Virus record (IMG/VR): IMGVR_UViG_3300049320_000001
Coordinates: 1 to 64,000 of that record
Origin: a virus
Lineage: Duplodnaviria > Caudoviricetes
Reading direction: 5' to 3' (one strand)
DNA: 64,000 nucleotides
Shown here in pieces: positions 7,868 to 16,700 of this stretch (its first letter is position 1; each line of letters starts with the position of its first letter). The notes below the pieces were generated by a model. That model was not told the origin of the DNA. It made no database searches and saw nothing but the letters and a program-made list of their open reading frames with translations. Position numbers and translations under genes: made by a program.

Positions 7868-9922
7868 ATGGCTCGCAGGCCACGTAACGGTGTTGTGAAG
7901 CAGTTGTCGAACCTGTCCATCGATGAGGTCTCTCTAGTGGACCGGGGTGCGAACCAGCACGCCACCATCGCCATCTCCAAGCGCGCCCCCGAGGTGGAGG
8001 AGTCCTTCGAGTTCGAGAAGAAGGCAGCCCCCAAGTCTGACGCTCGGAAGTTGGCCGAACTCGGCAGTTTCCTCGCGCCTGGTGGTATCGGAGGCGCTGT
8101 TGGTGCTGGTGTTGGAGCCAAGCACCACAAGGTTGGCCATGCTGTTGGCGGCGGCGTTGGCTCTGCTGTCGGTACTTCTGTAGGCACTGCTGTAGGTGCA
8201 GCAGCCACTAAGGGCAAGGTTACTGGCGCAGTCGCTGGCGGATACCTCGGCTCTGTCGTGGGTGGTAGCAAGGGCACTCAGGTGGCTGAGGAGCACTACG
8301 CCACCAAGAAGAAGGGCTTCAAGAAGGCCCTGGACGAGATGGACCTGGACGCCCTCTTCGAGAAGAAGGAAGGCGGTTTCTGGGAGCGTCAGAAGCAGGA
8401 ACAGCGTGATGCCAACGAGTGGGTCAAGCAGACTGGCGGACCTCTAGGTGGCTACAAGGAGCGCACTCGGCAGATCAAGGCTGAGCCTAAGTACAAGGAA
8501 GGCCAGAAGAAGGGCTACCAGGCCCTTGGCCTTGAGGCTGGCGGTGTCGGTCTTGGTGTGCATGGAGCAATGCGCGGGAGCAAGCCCGAGATGGTCGCAG
8601 GCGGTGCCCTCTGGGCGGGTGGCGTTGCCCATAGCGTTCACGGGTGGAAGGACCACAACACGGCCCTCCGTAATGCACGCGAGAAGTCCCTGGCCAAGAA
8701 GAACTTCACGAAGGCGTTGGATGAGATGAACCTCGATGACCTGTTCGACGTGAGCAAGAAGGGCTCGTTCGGCCAGGGTGGGGAGCACGCTGGCGTGGAC
8801 TCCTTCTCTGGCTCCGACCCCTCGGGCATCCTCAAGGACTCCGACAAGGAGAAGAACGTTGGCCCTGATGGCAAGATTGGCGGGGTTGAGCACATCGAGG
8901 GTGAGGACACTCCCCCGAAGAAGGCTAAGAAGAAGGGTGCCTCCTCGGAGGTGAACCCCTCTGAGTTGAGCGGCCTGGGCAAGAGTGCTGACTTCTGGAC
9001 CGGGATCATCGAGAAGGTCCTGGAGGATGGCGACCAGGAGTTCATCGAGAAGCACTTCCCCGGTGGTGGCGGCAACCCGATGGACCCGTCCCAGTCGCCG
9101 TTCCCCGGTGCTCAGGGTCCTGCCATGGGTGCCACCATGCAGACCCCCGGTGTTCAGCCGATGGGTATGGGCCAGCCCACTGCACCCCCGGCTAGTGCAG
9201 GCGGAATGCCTGGTGCGATGGGTGCCCCTGGTGCCCCCACGGGTGGTATGCCTCAGCAGTTGCCCCCGGACGTTGTCGCCTACATCCAGCAGTTGGAGCA
9301 GGCCTTGCAGCAGGCGCAGGGCGGTTCTTCTGAGGGAGATAGCGACAACAGTGACGCAAGCAGCAACAGTGACAACAGCGAGAAGAAGAACCCCTTCGGG
9401 AAGTCTGGAGACTTCGGCATGGACACCAACGACCTCTTCCTCCAGGAACTGGCGAAGTCTCTGGACCAGGAAGACAACCGCGAGTTGATCGGCAAGGCCT
9501 ACGAGGCTGTCAGCAAGGCTGAGGAGCGCGCTCAGGCTGCTGAGGAGATCGCCAAGGCTGAGCGGGACCTGCGCCTGGAGCGCGAGTTCATCGCCAAGGC
9601 CGACGAGTTCAACGTCCCGGTCTCCTCCAAGGAGTTGGGTCCGGTCCTCAAGCGCCTCGCTGAGAGCGCGACCGTCGAGGACTTCCAGGTCATCGTGAAG
9701 TGCCTGCGTGGCACCAGCGAGCAGGCCAGCCTCTTCTCGGAGGTCGGCAAGCGTGGTGGCGGCGACAACGGCTCCATCCTGGACGAGGTCAACGCTCGCG
9801 CCCAGGAGTTTGTCGGCAAGGCCCTCACCCCCGAGCAGGCCGTGACGCAGGTCTTCGAGATGGACCCCCGCGCCTACGACGCCTACGTGGCCGAGCGCCG
9901 CGCCGCACGTAACTCCTTCTAA
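7868..9922 (+). CDS. Capsid scaffolding protein with inserted glycine-zipper/hydrophobic modules
   Basis: N-terminal LSNLSIDEVSLVDRGANQHATIAISKR; C-terminal coiled coil; lies between protease and cement/capsid genes. Confidence 0.7.
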   Translation: MARRPRNGVVKQLSNLSIDEVSLVDRGANQHATIAISKRAPEVEESFEFEKKAAPKSDARKLAELGSFLAPGGIGGAVGAGVGAKHHKVGHAVGGGVGSAVGTSVGTAVGAAATKGKVTGAVAGGYLGSVVGGSKGTQVAEEHYATKKKGFKKALDEMDLDALFEKKEGGFWERQKQEQRDANEWVKQTGGPLGGYKERTRQIKAEPKYKEGQKKGYQALGLEAGGVGLGVHGAMRGSKPEMVAGGALWAGGVAHSVHGWKDHNTALRNAREKSLAKKNFTKALDEMNLDDLFDVSKKGSFGQGGEHAGVDSFSGSDPSGILKDSDKEKNVGPDGKIGGVEHIEGEDTPPKKAKKKGASSEVNPSELSGLGKSADFWTGIIEKVLEDGDQEFIEKHFPGGGGNPMDPSQSPFPGAQGPAMGATMQTPGVQPMGMGQPTAPPASAGGMPGAMGAPGAPTGGMPQQLPPDVVAYIQQLEQALQQAQGGSSEGDSDNSDASSNSDNSEKKNPFGKSGDFGMDTNDLFLQELAKSLDQEDNRELIGKAYEAVSKAEERAQAAEEIAKAERDLRLEREFIAKADEFNVPVSSKELGPVLKRLAESATVEDFQVIVKCLRGTSEQASLFSEVGKRGGGDNGSILDEVNARAQEFVGKALTPEQAVTQVFEMDPRAYDAYVAERRAARNSF

Positions 9923-9951
9923 CCAGTAGCACCCAAGAGAGGTAAAGAACC

Positions 9952-10359
9952 ATGGCGTACGAGGAAGTTCTCCAGAGCATCACCCTGGATGCTGACGCTT
10001 CCATCGGCGTCTTCACGGGTGTTGCTGGTCTCCGTGGTGCTCCTGCTAACCAGAGCGCCCTCCAGTACCGCTTCGTGAAGATCACCGGTGAGCACATCGC
10101 TGGCTTGGTCTCGGCCACGTCGGACGCCGTTGTGGGTGTCCTCCAGAACAAGCCCCAGGCTGTCGGTGACGCGGCCACGGTCGCTATCGGCGGCATCTCC
10201 AAGGTCGAGGCGGCTGGTGCCATCGCGGCTGGGGCTCCGGTGTACACCGACGCAACTGGTCGGGCCACCGCAACGGTCGCTGGCTCGCTCATGGGCTACG
10301 CGATCCACAGCACTGCCGCTGCGGGAGAACTCGCAACTGTCCTCCTCCGGCTCAAGTAA
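9952..10359 (+). CDS. Capsid cement/decoration protein (DUF2190-like)
   Basis: GVLQNKPQAVGDAATVAIGGISKVEAAGAIAAGAPVYTDATGRA; immediately upstream of capsid; strong RBS. Confidence 0.8.
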   Translation: MAYEEVLQSITLDADASIGVFTGVAGLRGAPANQSALQYRFVKITGEHIAGLVSATSDAVVGVLQNKPQAVGDAATVAIGGISKVEAAGAIAAGAPVYTDATGRATATVAGSLMGYAIHSTAAAGELATVLLRLK

Positions 10360-10395
10360 CCGGCTGACTCAGGATCTCTAAGGGAGTAACGAGAC

Positions 10396-11391
10396 ATGAA
10401 CCCCACCCAGAGCGACCTGCACGTCAGTCAGCCGCTCACCAACATCTCGATTGCGTACATGCAGTCGTCCGATGCCTACATCGCAGACAAGGTCTTCCCT
10501 GTCGTCCCGGTGCAGAAGCAGTCGGATCTGTACTGGAAGTACCTCAAGAGCGAGTGGCGTCGTACGGACGTCGAGAAGCGTGCGCCGAGCACTGAGACCC
10601 CTGGTGTCGGCTGGCACGTCACCACGGACTCGTACTTCGCGTCCGTCTACGGCGTCCACAAGGACATCGATGACCAGTTGCGTGCGAACGCGGACTCCAA
10701 CTTCTCGCTGGACCGCGACTCCACCAACTTCGTCACCAACCAGTTGCTCCTCAAGCGGGACATCGACTGGAACAACAAGTACTTCAAGACGAGCGTCTGG
10801 GCACGTGACCGTGCTGGCGTGACCGGCACCCCGACTGGTCTCCAGTTCAAGCAGTGGGACCAGGCTGGTAGCACCCCGATCGAGGACGTCACCGCCGAGA
10901 TCATCCAGTTCCGCCAGAACACGGGCTACGCCCCGAACGTCATGGTGGTCGGTGCCTACGTGCTCCAGGCTCTGCGTAACCACGCTGAGATCCTGGACCG
11001 CATCAAGTACACCGAGCGCGGCATCGTGACCGAGGACCTCATCGCCTCCCTCTTCGGGGTGAAGAAGTTGCTGGTCACCTACGCCACCTACACCACCACC
11101 CCGGAGTTCCAGAACCCGCTGACGACGGACTCCAACGCCACCTACGCCTTCATGGGTGGTGGCAAGAGCGCCCTGCTGGCCTACAGCCCGGAGCGCCCGT
11201 CGCTCATGGAGCCTGCGGCTGGCTACACCTTCACGTGGAACGGCTACCTGGGCGGCAACGCCAAGGGCATCCGCATCAAGACCTTCCGCATGGAGAACAT
11301 CGCCTCCGACCGCATCGAGGGCGAGATGACGTACGACATGAAGGTTGTCGCTGCTGACATGGGCACCTTCTGGTCCGCAGCCGTCGCGTAA
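10396..11391 (+). CDS. Major capsid protein (HK97 fold, lambda gpE-like family)
   Basis: SDLHVSQPLTNISIAY..IADKVFPVVPVQKQSD.Y..; PN.MVVG..V..AL..H; 331 aa; highly biased codon usage. Confidence 0.9.
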   Translation: MNPTQSDLHVSQPLTNISIAYMQSSDAYIADKVFPVVPVQKQSDLYWKYLKSEWRRTDVEKRAPSTETPGVGWHVTTDSYFASVYGVHKDIDDQLRANADSNFSLDRDSTNFVTNQLLLKRDIDWNNKYFKTSVWARDRAGVTGTPTGLQFKQWDQAGSTPIEDVTAEIIQFRQNTGYAPNVMVVGAYVLQALRNHAEILDRIKYTERGIVTEDLIASLFGVKKLLVTYATYTTTPEFQNPLTTDSNATYAFMGGGKSALLAYSPERPSLMEPAAGYTFTWNGYLGGNAKGIRIKTFRMENIASDRIEGEMTYDMKVVAADMGTFWSAAVA

Positions 11392-11401
11392 GGAGTAGGC
11401 A

Positions 11402-11713
11402 ATGCCTAAGCCTGGTGACATCGACTACACGGCCATGACGTACGTCGCTCTCAAGGACATGAGGGTGGACGGCTCAGTGCGGGCCAAGGGTGAAGAGGTT
11501 CCCGAGGCCGCTGGGTGGCGCAATCTGCACTCGTACATCTCGCAGGGGTACATCGCTATCGCTGCTCCGCAGACCAACCATCCAGCGGCTATGAAGAGCG
11601 CTGGTGCCAAGACCAGTAAGACGGGTAAGTCTGAGGGGAACGCCGAGTACACCAGGTACCGCCCCACAGACCACACTGGTCTGCCTGCCAAGATCGCCAA
11701 CGACGCTTCTTAG
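11402..11713 (+). CDS. Hypothetical head-region protein
   Basis: ORF with RBS (AGGAG) in the structural operon. Confidence 0.7.
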   Translation: MPKPGDIDYTAMTYVALKDMRVDGSVRAKGEEVPEAAGWRNLHSYISQGYIAIAAPQTNHPAAMKSAGAKTSKTGKSEGNAEYTRYRPTDHTGLPAKIANDAS

Positions 11714-11719
11714 GAGCCG

Positions 11720-12106
11720 ATGATGACTTCCCCGAATAACCCGCTCAACAACAAGGACGCTGCGGACCCCTCTGTGTCCTACGACTTCAACGCTCTGGCG
11801 AAGAAGGACGTGCGTGATCTGGAGCCTGGTGAGGCTGAGGCGCTGGCCTACCACCGCTCCATGGTGTCCCTCCAGGACTACGACCCCAACAAGGTCGCCC
11901 CGGAGGACCGCGTTGTGGAGACTCCTGACCACGCTTCTCTGACGATTGGCGAGTTGGCCAACGACGAGAACGTCGAGGACTCTCTCCGCAGCGAGGCGCA
12001 GGACATCATCAACAACCTGAAGCAGAATGAGGACACGTCCTCGGCCGACAGCAAGACCGTCACCCCGAAGACTGACAGTCCGACCAAGTCTGCTGACGCT
12101 AAGTAG
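11720..12106 (+). CDS. Hypothetical acidic protein
   Basis: ORF with RBS, operon spacing. Confidence 0.65.
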   Translation: MMTSPNNPLNNKDAADPSVSYDFNALAKKDVRDLEPGEAEALAYHRSMVSLQDYDPNKVAPEDRVVETPDHASLTIGELANDENVEDSLRSEAQDIINNLKQNEDTSSADSKTVTPKTDSPTKSADAK

Positions 12107-12114
12107 GAGTCTGA

Positions 12115-12432
12115 ATGACAAGGCCCGTCAGGTTCTGCCCTGCTTGTCAGACAGCAGACGACAGCAACCGCCACGCCATCTACGGGATGGACCCCAACGT
12201 GGCGTTGCACCTGTCCTGCTGTGCTGCACAGGGTTGCCCTGACGGGTCTTGTCCGATTGTGCTCCAGGGTGCTGAGGGGCTGGACGCTGATGCGCTTCAG
12301 CAGCACCTGACCAGCCTTGGTGATGATGTTCAGCAGGCTCTGGATGCTCGGGACGAGACCACTCGCTCCTTCACGCTGGCGGACGTCAACGAGAACGCAA
12401 CGCCCATCGTCCTCACCATGCAGGGGGAGTAA
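12115..12432 (+). CDS. Small Cys/His-rich virion-region protein
   Basis: CPAC..H..H..CC..GC...C pattern; RBS AGGAG. Confidence 0.65.
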   Translation: MTRPVRFCPACQTADDSNRHAIYGMDPNVALHLSCCAAQGCPDGSCPIVLQGAEGLDADALQQHLTSLGDDVQQALDARDETTRSFTLADVNENATPIVLTMQGE

Positions 12433-12435
12433 CCC

Positions 12436-12837
12436 ATGTCTGCCTTCACTCAGGCCCACGGCCAGAACGTCTTGAACTTCACGTTCATCCCGGCCTCTGC
12501 GGTCTCCATCACCTCCCCCATCAAGATCAAGCAGATGTCCACCACGGGCTCTGAGTCTGCTGCTGGTACGGAGTTGTCTGGCTCGGGGTTCACCGCTGGC
12601 GGTGTCACCATCACCTGGAACGCCCCGGCCACCTCCACGGGTACCTACAGTGCCACCATCGGCAACCAGGCTCTGACCATCACCAACGCCCCTGCTGGCA
12701 CGGTCAACGGCATCGACATCGTGGACTCCACCGGCACCCCGCGCCGTCTTGCCTGGGGCGCTCTGACGACACCTCGCACGCTGGTGGCTGGAGACACGCT
12801 CTCCTACCCGGCGAATGCCATCGTCGTTTCGATCTAG
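12436..12837 (+). CDS. Small beta-rich virion protein, paralog 1 of 4
   Basis: ELSGSGF.AGG..ITW..N...T..AP..V.GI.I.D...G....WG.L..P.T...GD.L.YPA..IVVS, shared with 28366, 28844 and 33294. Confidence 0.65.
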   Translation: MSAFTQAHGQNVLNFTFIPASAVSITSPIKIKQMSTTGSESAAGTELSGSGFTAGGVTITWNAPATSTGTYSATIGNQALTITNAPAGTVNGIDIVDSTGTPRRLAWGALTTPRTLVAGDTLSYPANAIVVSI

Positions 12838-12839
12838 CC

Positions 12840-13712
12840 ATGCCTGGGCCGTACTCGACCCACGCTGACGTCCGGGCCAACATCGAGGCACTTGAGGCTG
12901 CCAAGGACGTCCAGGTCTTCACCTCTAACGGCACATGGACCAAGCCAACCGGCTGCAAGGCTGTCATGGTCATCGTGGTGGGTCCGGGCGGCTCTGGCGG
13001 CTCTGGGCGGCGTGGTGCTAATGGCGCTATCAGGTGTGGTGGTGGCGGCGGTGCTGCTGGTGGCCACGCCTTCTACATCTTCCGCGCCTCCTCCTTGGGT
13101 GGGACTGTCTCGGTCACTGTCCCCGGTGCCCAGGCTGGTGGGGCTGCTGTCACCGTTGACGACACGAATGGCAACAACGGCTCCTATGTAGGCACTGGTA
13201 CCTCCTTCGGCAGCCACCTACGCGCTGCGGCAGGGAACAACGGCAGCGGTGGTACGGCCACTACGGGGTCCGCTGGCGCATCTCCCACCTCCATGTACAC
13301 AGGTGGTGCTGGTGGGGCAGCAAGCACTACCGGTGGAAGCGGTACTGCCGGTAACTCTGTCTCCGTACAGGCTCCTACCGGTGGTGGAGGTGGTGGAGGC
13401 CTCAACGCGGCCAACACAGCAGCGTCCGGTGGTGCTGGCGGTGCCACCAACATCTTCTCGGGCGAGGCTGGTGGCACAGCAGGCTCGGGTGGTAACCCAG
13501 GCAGTTCTGGCGGCAGCGGTAACACCTTTGGTGACCGCCTGGGGACCGGTGGTGGTGGAGGCGGTGGATCGGTCTCGGGCGTTGGTGGCTCTGGAGGGGA
13601 TGCAGCCAGTTACGGCGGCGGTGGTGGTGGAGGCGGTGCTTCCTCCAACGGCAACAACTCAGGTGCTGGTGGCGCTGGTGGCCCAGGCGTCTGCATTGTG
13701 ATCTCATGGTGA
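12840..13712 (+). CDS. Glycine-rich fibre/minor virion protein
   Basis: VQVFTSNGTWTKPTGCKAVMVIVVGPGGSGGSG..GGGG..; ends GAGGAGGPGVCIVISW, typical Gly-rich virion domain. Confidence 0.75.
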   Translation: MPGPYSTHADVRANIEALEAAKDVQVFTSNGTWTKPTGCKAVMVIVVGPGGSGGSGRRGANGAIRCGGGGGAAGGHAFYIFRASSLGGTVSVTVPGAQAGGAAVTVDDTNGNNGSYVGTGTSFGSHLRAAAGNNGSGGTATTGSAGASPTSMYTGGAGGAASTTGGSGTAGNSVSVQAPTGGGGGGGLNAANTAASGGAGGATNIFSGEAGGTAGSGGNPGSSGGSGNTFGDRLGTGGGGGGGSVSGVGGSGGDAASYGGGGGGGGASSNGNNSGAGGAGGPGVCIVISW

Positions 13713-13732
13713 TCGACGTAGGGAGGTAGCCC

Positions 13733-16700
13733 ATGGCTATCTCCTTCCGTGCTGCCGCCGCTTGGGCCGCTAGTGCCTCTACGTCTACCGCACCTACGGT
13801 CGCACTGCCTACAGGCTGGCAGCCAGGCGATCTGCACATCCTCACAGTTCTGTGGAAGCAGAAGACCGCCACACTGACCGCCCCTTCGGGGTGGACTGAG
13901 GTCACTGATGCAAGTGGCGAGTCGAACAACGGCACTGCTTACGGCAGCAGTACTGGCGATGTTGAGATCAAGCGGTACTACAGGGTTGCCGAATCTGGTG
14001 ACAACTCTGTAGTGATCGCCGCATTGAGTGGCGGTAGCACTAACAACACCTCTGGCAATGTTGTCATTGCTGAGATCACTGGTTTCCAGAATGCTACGGG
14101 TTCCTGGGTTGTTGCTGGCGCGCTAGCACTCATCAACACCAGCAGTTTGGTTTGGAACGGCTCATCCTCTACTGCGCCTGGCCTAGCGACAGGTGACTAC
14201 CTAGCCTGGGCCACAGGCATGAACTCTGCTGCCTTCACCCAGAGCGGCACAAGTCTCACAGCAACAGGTGCCACGATCAGCGCCTTCACCGCCGCCCCTG
14301 GCAAGGGCAGCAGCACTGTTGGCTCTGACATCGCTGGCTGGACTGGCTATGCCTCTGTCACGGCTGGTTCCAACAACACCACGGTGACCTTCCAGCAGTC
14401 GCAGTCCAGCAGCATGTACGGCTTGATGTCGCTGGTACGCATCCGTGAGTTCGTTCCACCGAACGCACCGGAGAACGTCAGCGCGACCGGTGATGTGGAT
14501 TCTGTCCTGGTCGATTGGGACGCCCCGGCGTCCGGTACGGCCCCTACGGCGTACAAGGTCTACCGCGAGGACGAGCGCCTCACCGGCAACTCGGCCACCT
14601 TCACGTCCGGCACCGGCACGTGGACCGTGGACGCCAACGCGACCGTCTCCCACAACGCCACCGACGGTCGGCTCGTAGTCACGGCTACCAGCGCCGTCGC
14701 GAACGCCACGGTCCGAAACACCTCCACGGCGAGCATCACCACCACGGGCCAACCCGTTCTACCGGGTGACGTCATCACCTACACGGGCCAGTTCCGGGTG
14801 TCGTCGGGTGCCCGCACCTGGCGGCCCCACCGCATCTTCGTCTACGACGCATCCGGTGCGCTCCTGACTTCCACGCTCGGGAGCAGCACAGCCCCGACCA
14901 CGATGACGGCCTTCAGTTCCAGTGTCACAGCACCGGCGAACGCCGCGTTCGTGCTGGTTGGGCCTGAGGGCTACACGATCTCCAGCGCCGTCGGCGACGC
15001 CATCGAGATCGACAACGCCTCTGTCGTGATCCGCCGGGTTGTCGGCACCCCCTCGGCCCCCACGACGCAGTACGACGACACCAGCGTCGTAACTGGTGTC
15101 ACCTACACCTACTGGGTTACCGGCGACTCTGCTGGTGGTGAAGGCGCAGCCTCAAGCACTGTCACAGGGCAGATAGCCACGCCTACTACCTACACAGGTA
15201 GTGCTGCGCTCAATGCTCCCGCGAGTATGAGTACCAGTGGTCTGCGGGAGACCACTGGCACCCTCAACCTCAACGCTCCCGCTTCGGTCGTTGTCCAGCC
15301 CATAGTTGAAGCGCTGCCAACTTCTTCACTCAATGCTCCTGCCAATCTCGCGGTAGTTGGCTCTCTTGAAGCCTTTACGAGCGCTTCGTTCTCAGCCCCG
15401 GCCAACATGGTTGCGAACGGCGTCATCGTCACCGCGGACTGGTCTGACAGTGATGCGTGGAGCGACTCCGATCCTTGGCCTGGACCACACGGTGGCGGTG
15501 GAACGACCTACACCGGAACCGCCTCCCTTACGGCTCCAGCCAGCCTGTCTTCCGCAGGGACACGACAGACCTCCGGGACGGTCCCTCTCAACGCTGCGGC
15601 CTCCCTGTCGGCAACAGCCACCATCACGGCCAATGCGGCTGCCGTTCTCAACGCCCCGGCCAACCTGGCTACTGCTGGTACGCGGGAGACGACGGCTGCT
15701 GTTCCACTGAACGCTGCTGCCTCCCTTACGGCTCAGCCCTTGGTGGTGAAGAGCGGGGCAGCAGACCTCAACGCTCCTGTCAGCATCTCGATCTCTCCCG
15801 TGGTCACAGAGATGGCGGCAGCCTCGCTGACTGCTCCGGTAGCCATCTCCACATCCGCGACCCGTACCACTACAGCAGCCACCAACCTCAACGCCCCTGG
15901 GTCACTGAGTGCCACTGCTGTCGTCACCGAGATGGCGGCGGCGGATCTTTCGGCTCCCCCCAGCATCTCCACCAGCGGGACCAGGACGACAGCAGCCGCC
16001 GTCACCCTCAACGCCCCCGCACTGGTCACGGCTCAGCCCATCGTCACGATGCCTGTGACGGCAGGACTGGCTGCTCCTGCTGCTCTGACCGCGACTCCTC
16101 TGGTCGATGCTCAGGTTGCTGCTGCTCTGGCTGCGCCCCCTTCACTGAGCACCGCAGCCACTCGCACGACCACTGGGGCCACTGGGCTCAACGCCCCTGC
16201 GGATCTGACCGCCACAGCGACGGTCACCCAGTTCGTCAGCGCTGCTCTGTCCGCTCCTCCTTCTCTGAGCACCGAGGGGACCAGGGCCACCGAGGCGACT
16301 GTCGCCCTGACAGCCCCAGTCAGCCTGGCTGTCTCGGCTACCCGTACGACGGAAGCACAGGCAAGCCTTACCGCCCCTGCTGCACTCAGTGCGGACGCCA
16401 GCACCAACAGCATCGTCTCTGCCTCTGCTGCCCTCAGCGCTCCAGCAGACCTCTCCACCTCTCCCATCCAGACCTCCTTCGGGGCAGTCGGGCTCACTGC
16501 TCCGGCTTCTCTCAGCGCCACTGCCCAGGTCACTGTGTTGGTGGCTGCTGACCTCACGGCCCCTGTGGTACTGGACCTTCTCCCGTACGTCACCGAGATG
16601 GCTTCGGTGGCGATCAGCGCCCCTCCAGACATCACGGCTCAGCCCTACGTCGAAGCACTGGTCAGTGCGCCCCTTGCGACTCCCGCCAGCATGGCGACAG

